Below, one piece after another: positions 24,320 through 38,660 of a DNA stretch of 64,000 nt (position 1 is the stretch's first letter; each line of letters starts with the position of its first letter). The translations under genes and the position numbers were made by a program. The notes beneath the pieces were generated by a model. It was not told the DNA's origin. It saw only the letters and a program-made list of their open reading frames with translations, and ran no database searches. The DNA is from Octopus vulgaris (taxonomy: Eukaryota): NCBI GenBank assembly GCA_951406725.2, contig OX597825.1:19902001-19966000 (forward strand), in the 5' to 3' direction.

Positions 24320-24395
24320 TGTTTCTTTATTAGCCACACAGGGATGCACACAGAAAGGACAAATTACAAGGTAGAGCTTTTCTTTTGGGGGTAAA
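24320..24395 (-). mobile_element. Isolated 3' terminus of the Tx1/L1-like LINE
   Basis: tttattagccacacaggg..cacaga.aggacaaat.caa.gtagagcttttcttt matches 44261-44320. Confidence 0.75.
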
Positions 24396-24454
24396 AAAAC
24401 AAGCATTTCATTTTCAAAAAGCGTGGCTATATGAATTCTTGCTTTGTATTAGAC

Positions 24455-24550
24455 AGACGTAGGCATGGCTGTGCTGTTAAGAAGCTCCATTTGACATGAC
24501 TTGACTTCACTTTCAGTCCCGCTCCGCAGTGCCTCGGGCAAGTGAATTTA
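24455..24550 (+). mobile_element. SINE family B head fragment
   Basis: gacgtaggcatggctgtg..aagaagct..ttcagtccc..cctcgggcaagtg. Confidence 0.6.
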
Positions 24551-25098
24551 ACTGGGCAATGATTTCTGAGTAAAATTTGACACACACACCTGTTGTATAC
24601 AATCATACACATATGTATATGTGCGCGCGCGTGTGGGGGTGTATGTAAATGTATGTATATGTGTGTGTGTTTGCGTGTGTGTGACAAACATAATATGTGA
24701 CAAACATATTTCAACTAACCTAAATTGTGTCCATACCTAAACACTGCTTTGCGCCATTGCTTCGTTATCTATCTCGATTGGGCGATCTAATAGTGTAAAT
24801 CAGTCAAAGTGTTGACTAAATTATACATAAAACCTTTATTTAGTTCGTTAAGAGTTGCTCCTCTTAGGTACATCTCATTGACAAGAGGCAAAAAACGCGA
24901 AGCATCGACGTCTGGGAACCCTAAGAGTTGTCAACACTGAACGGACTGGTATTTTCACACCTTTTTACTACAAGGGAGATTTTTTTTTCTTTATAGTAGC
25001 TGCAGAGTGTATTTGCCTTTAACAGTTGAAATATGTGACAAAGATTTCAACTAACCTAAATTGTGAATGTATATATATATACACAAACGTACACACAT

Positions 25099-25318
25099 AG
25101 GATGGGGTGCTGAAATGTTCCTGCCTTTATGTAAAAGAAAATAGAGGAGGATGAGTTCATGGCGATTTTATTCAATATATTTCCCTCTCAGATTTACACA
25201 CTTATCACAGCGGTCCTGCAGTTTTAATTAGCGCCTTCTAAAAGAACTCGGAAAGATGGGCCTCCAACTAGGCCTTTCGCGATACCTCATGAAGTTAAAA
25301 ACTTTTCAGCACCTCCCC

Positions 25319-25320
<2 letters not shown>
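25099..25320. mobile_element. Mariner-derived MITE
   Basis: TIRs ggggtgctgaaatgtt / aacttttcagcacc, TA flanks, about 220 bp. Confidence 0.7.
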
Positions 25321-25367
<47 letters not shown>

Positions 25368-25399
25368 ATGGATGGATGGATGGATGGATGGTTGTCTAA

Positions 25400-25625
25400 T
25401 AGTGTCTTTGTGTTCGTATTTGGTAACCTACCACTTTGTTTATTACATGTAGCTTAACCGGTTTGTTTACTCCCATGTAGCCTAATGGTTCGACACGACA
25501 CCGAGAGAATAAGCACTCGACTTCAAAGAAAACCAACAGGAAAATACCGGAGTCAAATTTGTTCGACTAAACCTTTCAAATCGTCGCCACCACCATGGCC
25601 GAAGTCGAATGGCGGAAACAAAATA
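25400..25625 (+). mobile_element. SINE family B 3' half, diverged
   Basis: ggttcgacacgacaccgagagaataagcact..tttgttcgactaaa..catggcc. Confidence 0.6.
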
Positions 25626-25945
25626 TAAAAATAAAAGTCAAATACGCAAAGCTTAATCAAATGTAATGGAAAATGAGTTTTACAAAACGTAAAAGAGATC
25701 GAAGTTCGGCTCACGTTCTTTGAGTCCAATATTGTGTATGAACCATAACAACTACAAAACAATATATGCCATCAATAATATATGATGCTTCATGCAGTTA
25801 TATGAAGTGAATCGATGATTCAAACATTCCTAGAATGTTTTAATCGATATTTAATCCCACAGAATAACTGTAAATGTATTGCTATGATGAAATGAAATTT
25901 AAAGTAAATTAACTTGCTCGGTTAATTAAAATTCATACATGTATA

Positions 25946-26678
25946 GATGCAGTCATGGCTTTGTGATGTGAAACCTGCTTTCCGAACCACATGGTTTCGG
26001 GTTCAGTTTAATTGCCATGCACCTTGGACAGATGTCTTCTATTATGGTCTCCGATAGACCAAGGGGTGAAGGTAGACTACGGTGGATAGACACTGAAGGA
26101 GACTTCCGTATACATGTATGTACGTTGGTATGTATGTATGTATGCATGTATGTATGGATGCAAGTATGTGTGTATGCATGCATGTAAGCATGTATGTATA
26201 TCTGCATGTATGTATGACTTATGCATGTGTGTATGTATGTTTTTATTCAGTTTATTTGAAAATATCTTGCCAATAAATAAAAAACCGATTTCAAACCAAA
26301 ATCCAAGGCTTTTTCATTGGAATTTCAACATCAACAACAGGGTATTTTTGTCTGTCTGTTTGTCTGCATGCATGCATGCAGTATGTATGTATGTATGTAT
26401 GTATGTATGTATGTATGTATGTATGTATGTATGTATGTATGTATGTATGAATGTATGCATGCATGTATGTATGCATGTATGCATGTATGCATGCGTGCAT
26501 GTATGTGCAGTTTTGTATGTTTTATGTATGTATTCTCATGCATATAGCTGCATATATAGACATCCTTGTATGTATTTAAATGATAAACTCTTGGAATGCT
26601 TTATTTTTACAGTTCCAGCGATAGATTGGATCTGTATGTCTGTCTGTCTGTATGTATGTGTGTGTATGTGTGTTTGTG

Positions 26679-26719
<41 letters not shown>

Positions 26720-27220
26720 TAATTATTAAGTTTCATTTCAACATTTCTCGCCAATAGAGGAGCTGTCTTCTAACCAAGACCCAAGGCTCCTCCGCTGGAA
26801 TTCTTGCCACATGAAAAGAGTATTTTTACATGTATATGTGTATATGTGCAGTATTTGGAGTGAGGGCATGTGTCGATTTGTATGCCTTGATTATATATGC
26901 ATGTGTTTATGTATAGATCTATGTGTGTGTGCGCGTTTGTGTGTCAGTGTCAGCGCGTATTTGCGTGTGTATGTTTGTGTGTGTGTGCGTGCGTGAATGT
27001 GCACATGTGCGTGTGTTTGTGTTACTTCCCACTACTACCGCTTCATAACAGTTGTTGGTTTCGTTGCCACACCGTGATTTAGTGTTTCGCCAAATGAGAT
27101 CTGATTGAATAAAGTACCAGGATTAAAAATAAGCATCAAGGGAGAATTTGTTCGATTAAACTCTTGAAGAGGTGCACTAGCATGGCTGCAGTCCAATGAT
27201 GGAAACAAATAACAACATAA
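25946..27220 (+). mobile_element. SINE family B copy expanded by about 900 bp of internal microsatellite and inserts
   Basis: 5' half at 25946-26113 and 3' half at about 27010-27220, separated by (TATG)n/(TG)n and two copies of another short repeat. Confidence 0.65.
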
Positions 27221-27557
27221 AGGTTAAAACATAGGGAAATGATCACCGGCACGGCTGTGATTTTAAAACACATGGCTTTGGGCCCAATCCAGGTCCGTGG
27301 AAGAAGGCCAACTATCTTCTACCACACATTTCAGACCATAGTAGAAATGAGATTTTTGTGCAAAACTTGGTCGACGTAAAGGCAGATGAGCTGCTTCTAA
27401 TTTAGGATGATAGACTGAAGCGGCCGTCTTGCTTTTTATTGCCATATGGTGGTAAACTCCTTGTCTCTATCTGTTCAGTTGTAAGTGTCCAAAGTAGTTT
27501 TCAGTCTGAGTTTAACATATATCATCTTTGTAGCAGACATCGTTTCTTTGAAAAAGA

Positions 27558-28444
27558 TCATGGACAAATCTCTCCATTGATGGTGTGACCCTTTTGAAGA
27601 CAGTCAATAAAGACAATACTTTTGCATCCGAAAAAATTAAGGCCATTATCTTCGCTGCAGATGAAACGACCTTGACCGTCTTCGTAGTAGGTGAAAAGGA
27701 GCGTTTCCACTACATGGATTGCCTCTTTGTCTCTGGTCTCTGATTCAAAGTGATGAAACCAACACTCATATTCGGTTAGGAATAGTTCAAGGAAACCAGA
27801 CGGATCTGCCTGAAACAATTCCAAACTTTCCAGTAATGCGATCAGCCTGGTGTGCTTTTGATCAAGTGTCAGAAGACGGGGCACTCATCCATCAGAAACG
27901 TTCGTCATGCCAAGTTAAATGCACAGAGTGTTTTCAACTCTCTATATACATCTATATTCATCTATGCTAATAGCCAATGCTATTAGCATATCCTCTTTAA
28001 TGTCATCTTCTTGTAATCCATCACAATGTGGTGAATATAATCAATGGTTTCCGCGGTGGTGGCATTTTTAGAACGTCCAGACCTTTTGTTGCCGTCAACG
28101 CTCACCCTTCCATCCTAAATTCATCTCCCCACATTTGCACTGTTGACATTTCTGGAGCGTAAGCCCCTGATGTAGCAACCATGCCAGAATGAATGTCATT
28201 GGGCTAAGCCCTTTTCCTGCAGGTATTTGATAACAGACGATGACAAATTTTGTCCATTTTCAGGAGAAGTCACCCCTAGTTACTTCCAAATCCTTCATTG
28301 ACCTATCAGATATCAGTTCAAACGTAAAGTTAGGATGATGCAGTTATTACAAAAATTAAGGTGTTGAACTTAATACATGCAGGATTTCGCAGCTCTAGCA
28401 TCATTACTTCATAGTCAGCCTATGAACTATGCAGCTCACCTTCG
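27558..28444 (-). mobile_element. Mariner transposase relic
   Basis: Minus: PRLLTLDQKHTR..LELFQADPSGFL..FLTEYECWFHHFESE..KVVSSAAKIMA..IVFIDCLQKGHTINGE; terminus (ta)cgaaggtgagctgcatagttcataggctgac. Confidence 0.88.
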
Positions 28445-28577
28445 TACTTGTTTAAATTAAAGTGTAGTTTATATCTAATAATTATGTTCTATAATGATCG
28501 TAATACGTTTTACTATTATTTCTTGGCCTGCTAGTTGAACTTTATGTCGTTTTCTTTGGTACTATTACTATCGTGGA

Positions 28578-28790
28578 CAAGGCGACGAGCTGACAGAATT
28601 GTTAGCAGGCCGGGAAAAATGCTTCGTGGTATTGCGTCCGTCTTTACATTCTGAGTTAAACTTCCGTGGAGATTAATTTCACTGTTCAACCATTTTGGTG
28701 TCAATAAGTTCCTGTTGAGTCCTGGCGTCGGTGTAATCGACTGATCTCTTTCCTGAAATCACTGGCTCGGACCAAAATTTAAAATCAATG
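28578..28790 (+). mobile_element. SINE family A, diverged
   Basis: aaggcgacgagctgacagaattgttagcaggccggg..ttctgagtt..gtaatcgact. Confidence 0.8.
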
Positions 28791-30069
28791 TTAATAGCCG
28801 TCAGTTACGAACACACAACTTCAGTTTAAGGTTCTTTTCACCATGAGAGAATTATTTCTGATACAAATTATAGCCTTATTGAAGTAATTTTACCCGAGTT
28901 GACGCATTTCTGCAATTCCCTTCTCAAATTCTTTAATTTATCTCAAGGGTTACAGAATTAGAGCCAACTGGAATCGAACCCTCCACTCAATCAAACCCTT
29001 TTTCATCGTCGCCAAAGTCAATAATCTACTTTCTCATAATATTATGAATTGCCATACGTCAGACAAAGTGAGTGCTTAGCGGCATTTTGTTCCAGGTTCA
29101 TTTTATGTGTTCAAATTTTGCCTAGCTCGACTTTACCTTCCATCTTTTTGGGGTTGCTCGATTAGCCCGCTTTCACCAAAATTTCAAGCCTTGTGCTTCT
29201 AGTAGATAGAAACATAATACTTTGGCATATATAACTACTAGGTTTAGTTTTCTGTATTCACATGGTTTATGTTCTAAATACATATCTCACTGATGAGAGT
29301 CTACGAAACACTCTCTTCTGATGTCTTCCACAACTTTACGAATTCTCTACACCCTCAGACTCTAACACTATTCGAAACAAAACAATACAATAACTATTAT
29401 GACGCAAATCATAAGAAAATATTGTTCATTCGTCTAAGAATTAAATCCACAATTATTTTTTTTATAATAGTCGATGAACGTTGAAATATTTTGTAAGGAG
29501 TTATGTACCATAGCTAAAGTGAAATAGCTGAAACAAGGGAACAAAGTTGGATCGTAAAACAAGACTGTAAAGCTACACATTCTTCTAAAGATTCTTACAA
29601 CAAAAATATTAAGAAATATCATCAAAGTATTTTAAATGTAATGAAAACATTGTGTACATTAACATATGTAGAACATTGAGATTAAAGTGCGTAATCTAAA
29701 TATTTCCTCTGTTGTCAAATGTTTTAATGTTATATGCAACATTATACATCTATTTGTGAGTAATCAATATAGCATTAATGAAAATTTGGAAATTTCTCGA
29801 CTAATTATTCTCAACTGAAATAGTAATTAAATTCAGAAAGCACAGAACCTTAAAGAGCAGAATGGTTTGGCATGTAGATCATTTCGTAATTCCAGCTGGA
29901 ATAGTTAACAATATATCTTACAGTGTTAACTACACATCGTATAGTGTTATATACACAGAATCATCTCCCGAGAATTATCTGCAAAGCTATTATACATGTA
30001 CAAATATTCATACGAAACACGCAGTAACTCCTACGCCTCGATCTCTTTCTCATTTATCTATCACTAACA

Positions 30070-30071
<2 letters not shown>

Positions 30072-30117
<46 letters not shown>

Positions 30118-30159
30118 ACTTCCCCTCTGTTCCTCGGGGTATACATACACGCACGCACG

Positions 30160-30200
<41 letters not shown>

Positions 30201-30529
30201 GTATATATATACACATATACATATAGGTATATGTGTATATATATATATATACATACATACATACATACATACATAGATATACATACATATACATAGATAT
30301 ACATACATATACATACATATACATATACATACATACATACATATATATACATGCATACATACATACATCTATATACATACATACATACATATATATACAT
30401 ACATACATACATATATATACATACATACATACATATACATACATACATATATATACATACATACAAACATACATAGATACATACATACATATATACATAC
30501 ATGCATATATATATACATATATACATACA

Positions 30530-30626
<97 letters not shown>

Positions 30627-30720
30627 ATAGACGTGTGTGTTAATCTGCGTTTGTGTATGTGTGTATGTGTACGTGTTTGTGTTTGTATGTCTGTGTTTTG
30701 ATAGATAGACAGATAGAGAA
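30072..30720. repeat. Long compound microsatellite (CT)n, (TA)n, (TACA)n, (TG)n
   Basis: Direct reading; source of several spurious long ORFs. Confidence 0.97.
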
Positions 30721-31082
30721 ATAGAGAGGTCGATAGAGGTACTGATATATTCTGCAGAGTCCATAAATATTTATAATCAAACAGTGAGTGATTCTCGACT
30801 GCACTTAATTTAACTCTATGATCTTTCATAAATTTTTCATGAATGGAAAGTGATTCCCAAATTCTCGATGATGTTGCTCTTTATTAGTCGTAAGTAAACT
30901 CGATTCTTATATATTGAGATAGGTCATGAGGTCGAGGATGGTGTAGCTTTCACTCACTTGTAAAGAGACCTCCTAGCCAAGGTATATATTAATCCAGAAA
31001 ATAGGTTACTCAACACGGATCCCAATCGCAAATTTTAATTCGAAAAGCCTATCTCGCGATACATAGTCAGCTCATTCTTCGC

Positions 31083-31362
31083 TAAATGACTTCAGGAAAC
31101 ATTTTTTCACGCTGAGAGTTGCTGAAGCATGGAACAAACTGCCGGCATCAGTTGTTAGTTGTCGGAGCACTGCATCCTTCAAAACTTCCATGCTTACTGA
31201 GATTCGCCAACACTACTCTTGATTTTCTCCCCTCCATACACACACAAGCATGTATCTGACTCATACTTTGTTCGCTTTCAAGACATTTCTACATTTCTGC
31301 ATGTACTTTATATGCACTTTCTGACAAGTTGTGGTGCACCTAAGCACTGTATACAGTTAATT

Positions 31363-31456
<94 letters not shown>
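31083..31456 (+). mobile_element. CR1-clade LINE 3' end with (TTA)n tail
   Basis: NDFRKHFFTLRVAEAWNKLPASVVSCRSTASFK..* (CR1 C-terminal FF..RV...WN.LP motif), then about 140 bp UTR and about 30 TTA units. Confidence 0.85.
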
Positions 31457-31457
<1 letters not shown>

Positions 31458-31927
31458 TTTAAATGAAATGCACGGTTTTGGCTACTGGGATTTTCTGAGA
31501 ACTATCGCTGATTGCTTTATTGTCTTCAGCTTATTCAGATATGCAAATTCTACGGTTACACAGCCAGTTGGAATATGCTATTGTTAAGTTGATAGAATTC
31601 AGTATTATTTCGTCTCTAAGATACCAACTCCATCGCAATATGGAAGTGGGGACTAAAAACGTTAGTTTTTCTTAGTCCGAATCATGTACAAATATTGAGC
31701 CTTTTGCAGTCTTCGGAAACTGTCAGATGGCGTAGTGATATTCAGTGCAGTGCGCATTTGGAAATGCGGTGAGGTAAACACTATCTCGTATAAATTTGCT
31801 TTTCACCCAATCCCAATATCTTATGTCATTCTTCTTTCTCATCGTTTTCACAGATTATTTCTACGATGCACTATTTCAAAGATAAAAGTATTTTAAATTG
31901 CATCATGACTTTATGGACACGCTGTGA

Positions 31928-31932
<5 letters not shown>

Positions 31933-31992
<60 letters not shown>

Positions 31993-32205
31993 TGTGTAAA
32001 TGTGTTTTTGTGTATGTGTGTGAGTGTGTGTATGTGTGTCTGTGTAAATGTCTAGGTATATATGCTTGTATACATGTATATATATGTGTGTATATGTGTG
32101 CATACATACATATGTTAGTGCGCATAGATACTCACGTACGTACATATACTTAGATAAATAGATAGGCAGAGAGAGACAGATGGGGAGAGAGAGACAGATA
32201 GCGAG
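31933..32205. repeat. Compound (TA)/(TG)/(GATA)/(GA) microsatellite
   Basis: Direct reading. Confidence 0.9.
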
Positions 32206-32747
32206 GGAGTCAAACACACTTATATACATTCAACTTGTTATCAACTTCGCACTTCGAAAATTAACAAGTTTAAAATTAACTTATATATTAATTATTAATC
32301 ACATCATCATAAATGCAACGTATGTAAATTCAATCTAACCACCTTAACAAAGTTTTGGGTTGTGATTAATTTAAATAGTTAATTCATATAAAATATCTTG
32401 GTTACAAAAATAATATGAGGTAATTTTCTGATATGCCGTGTTACCGAAAAACAGGTAACGAATTAGAGGTCAGTCTTTCACGTGCAAGAATAAAATAGTG
32501 AAATGCCTTCACGTCTTAAAGAAACGTGTAACATATCTTAGGTTTATTATATTTTTAAATACACACGGTGCTGTGCATAAATATTTATTAAGGTATGCCT
32601 TCATAAGTGCAAGCGTCGCTTTGTGGAAGAAAAGTTTTGCTCCCTAGCCATTTGTTCTTGGGTTCAGTCCCACTTCAATGCAGCACAGGCAAATATTTAT
32701 TACTGTAGCCATACAACTGGAAAAATCCGACGCATATATATATATAT

Positions 32748-32863
32748 GGCCTGATCCCTTAGCCAGCAGGGTGGCGTCATTTGAAGGCTAAAACAATGCG
32801 AAGCGCATTGTAACCAGCGATTTGTAGCAACATCTGATAGCCTGGTCGGTCACGGTGATCACG

Positions 32864-32867
<4 letters not shown>
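32748..32867 (+). mobile_element. Short GC-richer insert between TA tracts, probable retroposon 3' end
   Basis: 120 bp block ending in a duplicated tcacggtga, embedded in (TA)n. Confidence 0.4.
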
Positions 32868-32933
<66 letters not shown>

Positions 32934-33249
32934 TACAGGTTATGAGAGGTAACGGTGTTATTGAGACCCAAAGGTGTCAGATAACGTTGAATAAGTGATA
33001 TAGACAGAGCATAGTTAAGTTCCAAGTTCGGTGATTTTGAGAATAAGGGGTTCAACGTTGGTCATATGTAAGCAAGTGTATATAATTTTTTTTCATAATG
33101 AGATAAAAAAAAACAGGCTGAGTAGATTTTAGAACATTCTAAAGTCTACTCAGCCTTGGTTTTCTATCACATTTCGAAAAAAAAATTATATATATATATG
33201 CATGTACGTATGTACGTACATATTCATGTATGTATCTGTGTATGCATGC

Positions 33250-33301
<52 letters not shown>

Positions 33302-33456
33302 TCATCGAGAACAGAGATTTTCCACATCTGTCATTTAATTAAGCAGTTATTACACCATTCTTTCTTGGACCTATGCATGTTTCAACTGCATCGACTGCTA
33401 AATGTGCATGCTGGTGTTCATGTGCCAGTTGCTAAAAGCATTCGTGGAACATGTAG

Positions 33457-33515
<59 letters not shown>

Positions 33516-33518
33516 TAC

Positions 33519-33560
<42 letters not shown>

Positions 33561-34189
33561 TTTACTGTTCCGTTAAAGTAATTTCTAGAAAAAGTACTCC
33601 ATCCAGAATATTTAGTGTACCCATTATAATGATGTAAATTAACACTAAGAATTTATCGCATTTGAGACTCGTGTCAAGGCACGTTTTATGTGCCTCCAAG
33701 CAGTTCAAGGGCTCTGAACTCAAGATCTGAGAACATTTATTGTGTGTGCGTGTGTGTGTGTTTGTGTGTATGTGTGTGTTTCTGTTTTTGTGCGTGCTTG
33801 TGATTCTGTTGTGTTTGTTTACATGCGTATGATCGATTTATTCGAGTAAATGTTTCGAGGTGGTGCCCCAACTTGGTTGCAGTCCAATGAATAAAAACAA
33901 GATAAAATCTATATATATATATATATATATGCTTATACTCCTTCAATATTTAAATTTATCAGTTTTTGGATATTATCTGATTTTATAATTTTAAGTATCA
34001 TTTTATTTCTTTTTATGTACTTAATACATCATACAACTATTTTTTCATTCCTTTGCTTCTTTTTTTTCAACTGAGAGACTAATATCCGTAACCTTAGGGT
34101 AGTTCACACTTATTTCAACCTTTTAAGCATTAAATTAATACCATATACATCAAACGTCTTTTTTGAAGTTTATTGACTTACATAATATA

Positions 34190-34193
34190 GATG

Positions 34194-34269
<76 letters not shown>

Positions 34270-34650
34270 AAAGGTATTCTTTATGTATTATAATATATTA
34301 ATATTATATTATATTATATTACATTTTATATTTGTGTGATTTGCAAAATATGATGTTCAAGAAAAGCATAACAAAAACGAAATGATATTTCCCCTATTTG
34401 TTATTACTTCGTGATACTACATACATATTCGTGACCTTATATATCTCCCATCAGCTTTCAACCTCTCCCCCATCACTCTCGGTCGCGTTTTGAACGTAAT
34501 AGTGTGTGCATACGTATCTAAGTATGTATATATGTGTGTGTGTGTATGTGTGTGTGTATGTATGTATGTATCTATATATATTTACATACATATATACATA
34601 TTTCTGTATGTATGTATTATCTATGTATGTGTTTATATGTGTATGTATGC

Positions 34651-34691
<41 letters not shown>

Positions 34692-34710
34692 CAACAAATA
34701 TATAAACGTA

Positions 34711-34771
<61 letters not shown>

Positions 34772-34870
34772 GTGTGTGTGTGTGTGTGTGTGTGTATGAA
34801 TGTATGTATATTCATATACATGCACGCAAAAGCACATACACAGACAAAGTCACACACATAGATGTGTGAG
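34190..34870. repeat. (TA)n/(TG)n/(TATG)n microsatellite cluster
   Basis: Direct reading. Confidence 0.9.
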
Positions 34871-35707
34871 GTAATTTTCATGTATGTTATGAGCACCGTG
34901 TTTCAGTTTTTTGAGGTTGTGTATATTAATTATATATTAATTACATTAGTCTATAATATACACGCCATTCAAAAAGTTGTTGTCGATGAAGTATAGTATT
35001 TCTATTTGATCTCTCTTTGTTATAAGACAAAAATCTTGAAAATAATTTTTGAAATTACATATTTTATCATTACGTATTGAATAGATCTATGTATGTACAG
35101 TATCAAATTTATGTACAGTAGCAAATTCTACGATGTATTAAAACACGTTTACAACTAATGAGGTATCTTCAACATAATTACGTGAATGGCAATAAGTACT
35201 AACAAAATTTCCCTAAAATCATTCTGAAGCATTTTAAACGGGGAAATATAGCATAGGATAATTTAAGCTTAGGTATTCTAAGCGCGAGCACAATGCCTCA
35301 TAGAACAGCCGCGGCCCTAAATCAGAAGCCTTGGTGCTAAGAAAAAATTATTGCAACAGTTATCAGGTTTAAGCATTCAGGGAGACTTGTATGTACTAAA
35401 ATGAATGCAAAATAATTAGAAAGAAACAGGTAAGTTAGCTCACTGAATCAGCGGACATGCTTGCTCTGAGGCAGTAAGGAGGAAACTCTTTGGCTTTCTA
35501 AATTGCTCGCCTAATCTCATGAGAAAAATAAGTTTTATGATAATGTTGCTTGCTTCGATTCGTTGCCACCTATTAGCGCATAATTTTTATTATTCAAGGT
35601 TGTGTGGATAATCTGTTGTCAAAGCGATATAATTATTAAATATCAAGCTAACCTGCCTTACCTATAAACGCTTGTTAGGTTGTGAGTTCAACAGTCAGTA
35701 AAATATA

Positions 35708-36271
35708 TTGGGTTGTCCGGAAAGTTCGTGCCGATTTTTAAAGGAAAGAAAAAGGTCAATAAATACTTGCCATTACATTTTTAATCAACCAAATATGAAG
35801 CATTTTGTTGCACAATGCGTCTCCATCTTTCATTTAACTTGAAAATACCCTCTTCCCCGAACTGAGGTTGTTCCATGCAGAGAATTCATCAAGTATCTTT
35901 TTACGTCATCCAAGGAATTGAAATTTTTACCATTAAGACTATTCTGCAGAGACCTGAATAAGTGGAAATCCAAAGAAGCAATTTCTGGTGAATATAGAGG
36001 GTATGGTAGCACATCCCAGCCAAGCTGCAGCAATTTTTGTCAGGTTCTCAAAGCATCAAGTGCCGAAAAGGAACTTTCTTATCTTCCATTTTAAAGGATT
36101 ACAGAATTAACACAGGTTATCGGAACATAAACCTTCTTCCACAAAAAGATAGCTTAAACTGTGCTCTAAATGGAGGTGTAGTCAAATCCTATTTTATAGA
36201 CTCAACCATCTTCTAAAATAAGTCGAAAGGTAAGCTACTGTAAATCGGCATGAACTTTCCGGACATCCCAA
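35708..36271 (-). mobile_element. Internally deleted mariner with both TIRs and TA TSD
   Basis: TA-ttgggttgtccggaaagttcgtgccgattt ... aaatcggcatgaactttccggacatcccaa-TA. Minus strand LGWDVLPYPLYSPEIASLDFHLFRSLQNSLNGKNF is the YSPDLAP.D motif region. Confidence 0.95.
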
Positions 36272-36357
36272 TATTTACCTTCATCAATTATCCGTGTAAT
36301 TTTCAATGAAAAACATAAATATTTACCTTCGTCAATCATCCGTGTAATTTTCAGTGA
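36272..36357. repeat. Tandem duplication with about 48 bp period
   Basis: atatttaccttc(a/g)tcaat(t/c)atccgtgtaattttca occurs twice. Confidence 0.85.
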
Positions 36358-36519
36358 GCCCCAAGTTAATTTCCCACATTCAAGAATATTTAGCTGGCAC
36401 TCTACTCAGGATTACATCAATGAAAGAAAATTATTGATATACTTTTCAATTTCTATTTTCACAGTGTCTAACACTGGTAGCAAGAATTCAGTGAATATAA
36501 TTATAACGAAGGCATCGCG

Positions 36520-36592
36520 AAGTGTGGTCTATGTAACACCGTTTGTCAAACGACGGTCGGGAAATAAGTACAGGCACAAAGACACACACGTA

Positions 36593-36681
<89 letters not shown>

Positions 36682-36740
36682 GACAGGCTTCTTTCAGTTT
36701 CCGTCTACCAAACCCACTCACAAAGCTTTGGTCAGTCCAA
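36520..36740 (-). mobile_element. SINE family B central fragment
   Basis: cgacaggcttctttcagtttccgtctaccaaa..cacaaagctttggtc plus the internal (CA)(TA) tract. Confidence 0.8.
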
Positions 36741-36854
36741 GTAAAAGACAAGATAAACAGAACTCCTTTGAAAGTGCAAGAGTACAAAGTTAAGTTACAA
36801 GATGGTCACCTGTAGTTAGAGTCACTGAATTATCATAATAATTTGTCATTACTA

Positions 36855-37470
36855 AGGCAGCGAGCTGGCAGAATCGTTTGCAGGCCGGGCGAAATGCGTA
36901 GCCGTATTTCGTCTGCCGTTACGTTCTGAGTTCAAATTCCACCGAGGTCGACTTTGCCTTTCCTCCTTTCGGGGTCGATAAATTAAATACCAGTTACACA
37001 CTGAGGTCGTTGTAATCGACTTAATCCGTTTGTCCGTCCTTGTTTCTCCTCTCTGTGTTTAGCCCCTTGTGGGTAGTAAAGAAATAGGTGTTTCATCTGC
37101 CGTTACGTTCTGAGTTCAAATTCCGCCGAGGTCGATTTGCCTTTCATCCTTTCAGGGTCGATAAATTAAGTACAAGTTACGCACTGGCGTCGATATAATC
37201 GACTCATCCCCTTTGTCTGTCCTAGTTTGTCCCCTCTATGTTTAGCCTCTTGTGGGCAATAACAGCAATATGAAACGTTAGCACGCGGGGCGAAATGCCT
37301 AGCATTACTTCGTCTGTCTTTACATTCTGAGTTCAAATTCCGCTGAGGTTGACTTTGCCTTTCATCGTTTCGTGAACGATAAATTAAGTACCACTTGTGT
37401 CCTGGGGTCGATCTAATCGACTGGACCTCCCTCAATATTTCGAGCCTTGTGCCTTGAGTAGAAATGAATA
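36855..37470 (+). mobile_element. SINE family A trimer (tail1, tail1, tail2)
   Basis: Three core units starting near 36855, 37087 and 37272. Confidence 0.92.
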
Positions 37471-38404
37471 AGTCGTTATTACCACAGGAGAACCTCATTG
37501 AATATTAAATCAATAGCACATTTTTTTATTTTAATTTTAGTTTTTGATATCACAGCCCATCGCTTAACCCAGAAAAGGAAGAATTTTGTAGATATGAGAA
37601 AATTTCAAAATATATTCTTTCTACATTACTGAAGTAAAAAAAAAGGTCTAACGTGTTTAATATTTTATAGCGATCTCCGTTTTTAAAGAATTTAATGTTA
37701 AGTGGCATAACGCTTTAAAACATTTTTGGATATGATAAATTTAAGCATAGTAATAAAAATTAGAAGTTGGGCCTTCTGTTATACTTTACAGTTTCATTTA
37801 TCATTTTTTTACATTTCAAAGTTTTTTCTAAGGGCATGAGCCCTCCTGCAGTTAGGAAACTTACAGCAATATCCATCATAGGTAAAATATGTTTTAGAAG
37901 CGAGTTGAAGTGAGCAAGGTTTATCCATCAAAACATCAAAAGTTTTCTGAGAGAATTAATCGAACAAAAACAAACAAAAAAAAACTACGAACAAATAAGG
38001 CATGATAACGAAATGATAAAAGTGTCAATGAACAAAGTATACTTCGTGAACTGAAAAGAGATTGAATCGATACCGACTTCTAAAAATCGTAGAATCCGAT
38101 AGTAAATTAATTCATTTATAAATGACGTAATGTGCACCTTTTCTACTCTATTTAATAGCTTTCATCATCAGCTACTCTTTATAATACTTCTATTTTGTAT
38201 GTAACATATGTTGAAATGAAAATACTTTTGCAGCAAATAACAACTCAGCATAAACATTAACCGACAGTATTCAATGCTTATGAAAGCATTCCATGTCTTC
38301 TACGCTTAGTGTACATCTTTTTGTATTTATTTGAATACAGAATAGCATTTGTTTTGTCATTAATATTCTTCTCTTCCTCTTATTATTCCTATTTATTACA
38401 AGCT

Positions 38405-38427
38405 CTCCTCTCTCTCTCCATCTCTGC

Positions 38428-38501
<74 letters not shown>

Positions 38502-38562
38502 GTCTGTCTGTCTCTTTCTATCTCTAAATATACATTACATACTAATATAAACACGATGTTTA

Positions 38563-38660
<98 letters not shown>

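Noticed and set aside
29285-29330. Hammerhead-like core ctgatga..gaaac
   Set aside because: There is no convincing stem I, stem III or cleavage triplet, and no adjacent Penelope terminus. An RNAMotif or Infernal search would settle it.
30064-30829. Long ORFs (131-237 aa) and similar YI/CV/HT-rich ORFs throughout
   Set aside because: They are translations of TA/TG/TACA microsatellites, which lack stop codons; they are not genes.
35425-35436. Perfect splice donor cag|gtaagt
   Set aside because: No clear acceptor or long open frame upstream; an isolated motif is expected by chance in 64 kb.
36855-37470. Regularly spaced repeats resembling a CRISPR array
   Set aside because: The units are about 184 bp SINE bodies without unique spacers, in a eukaryotic context with no cas genes.
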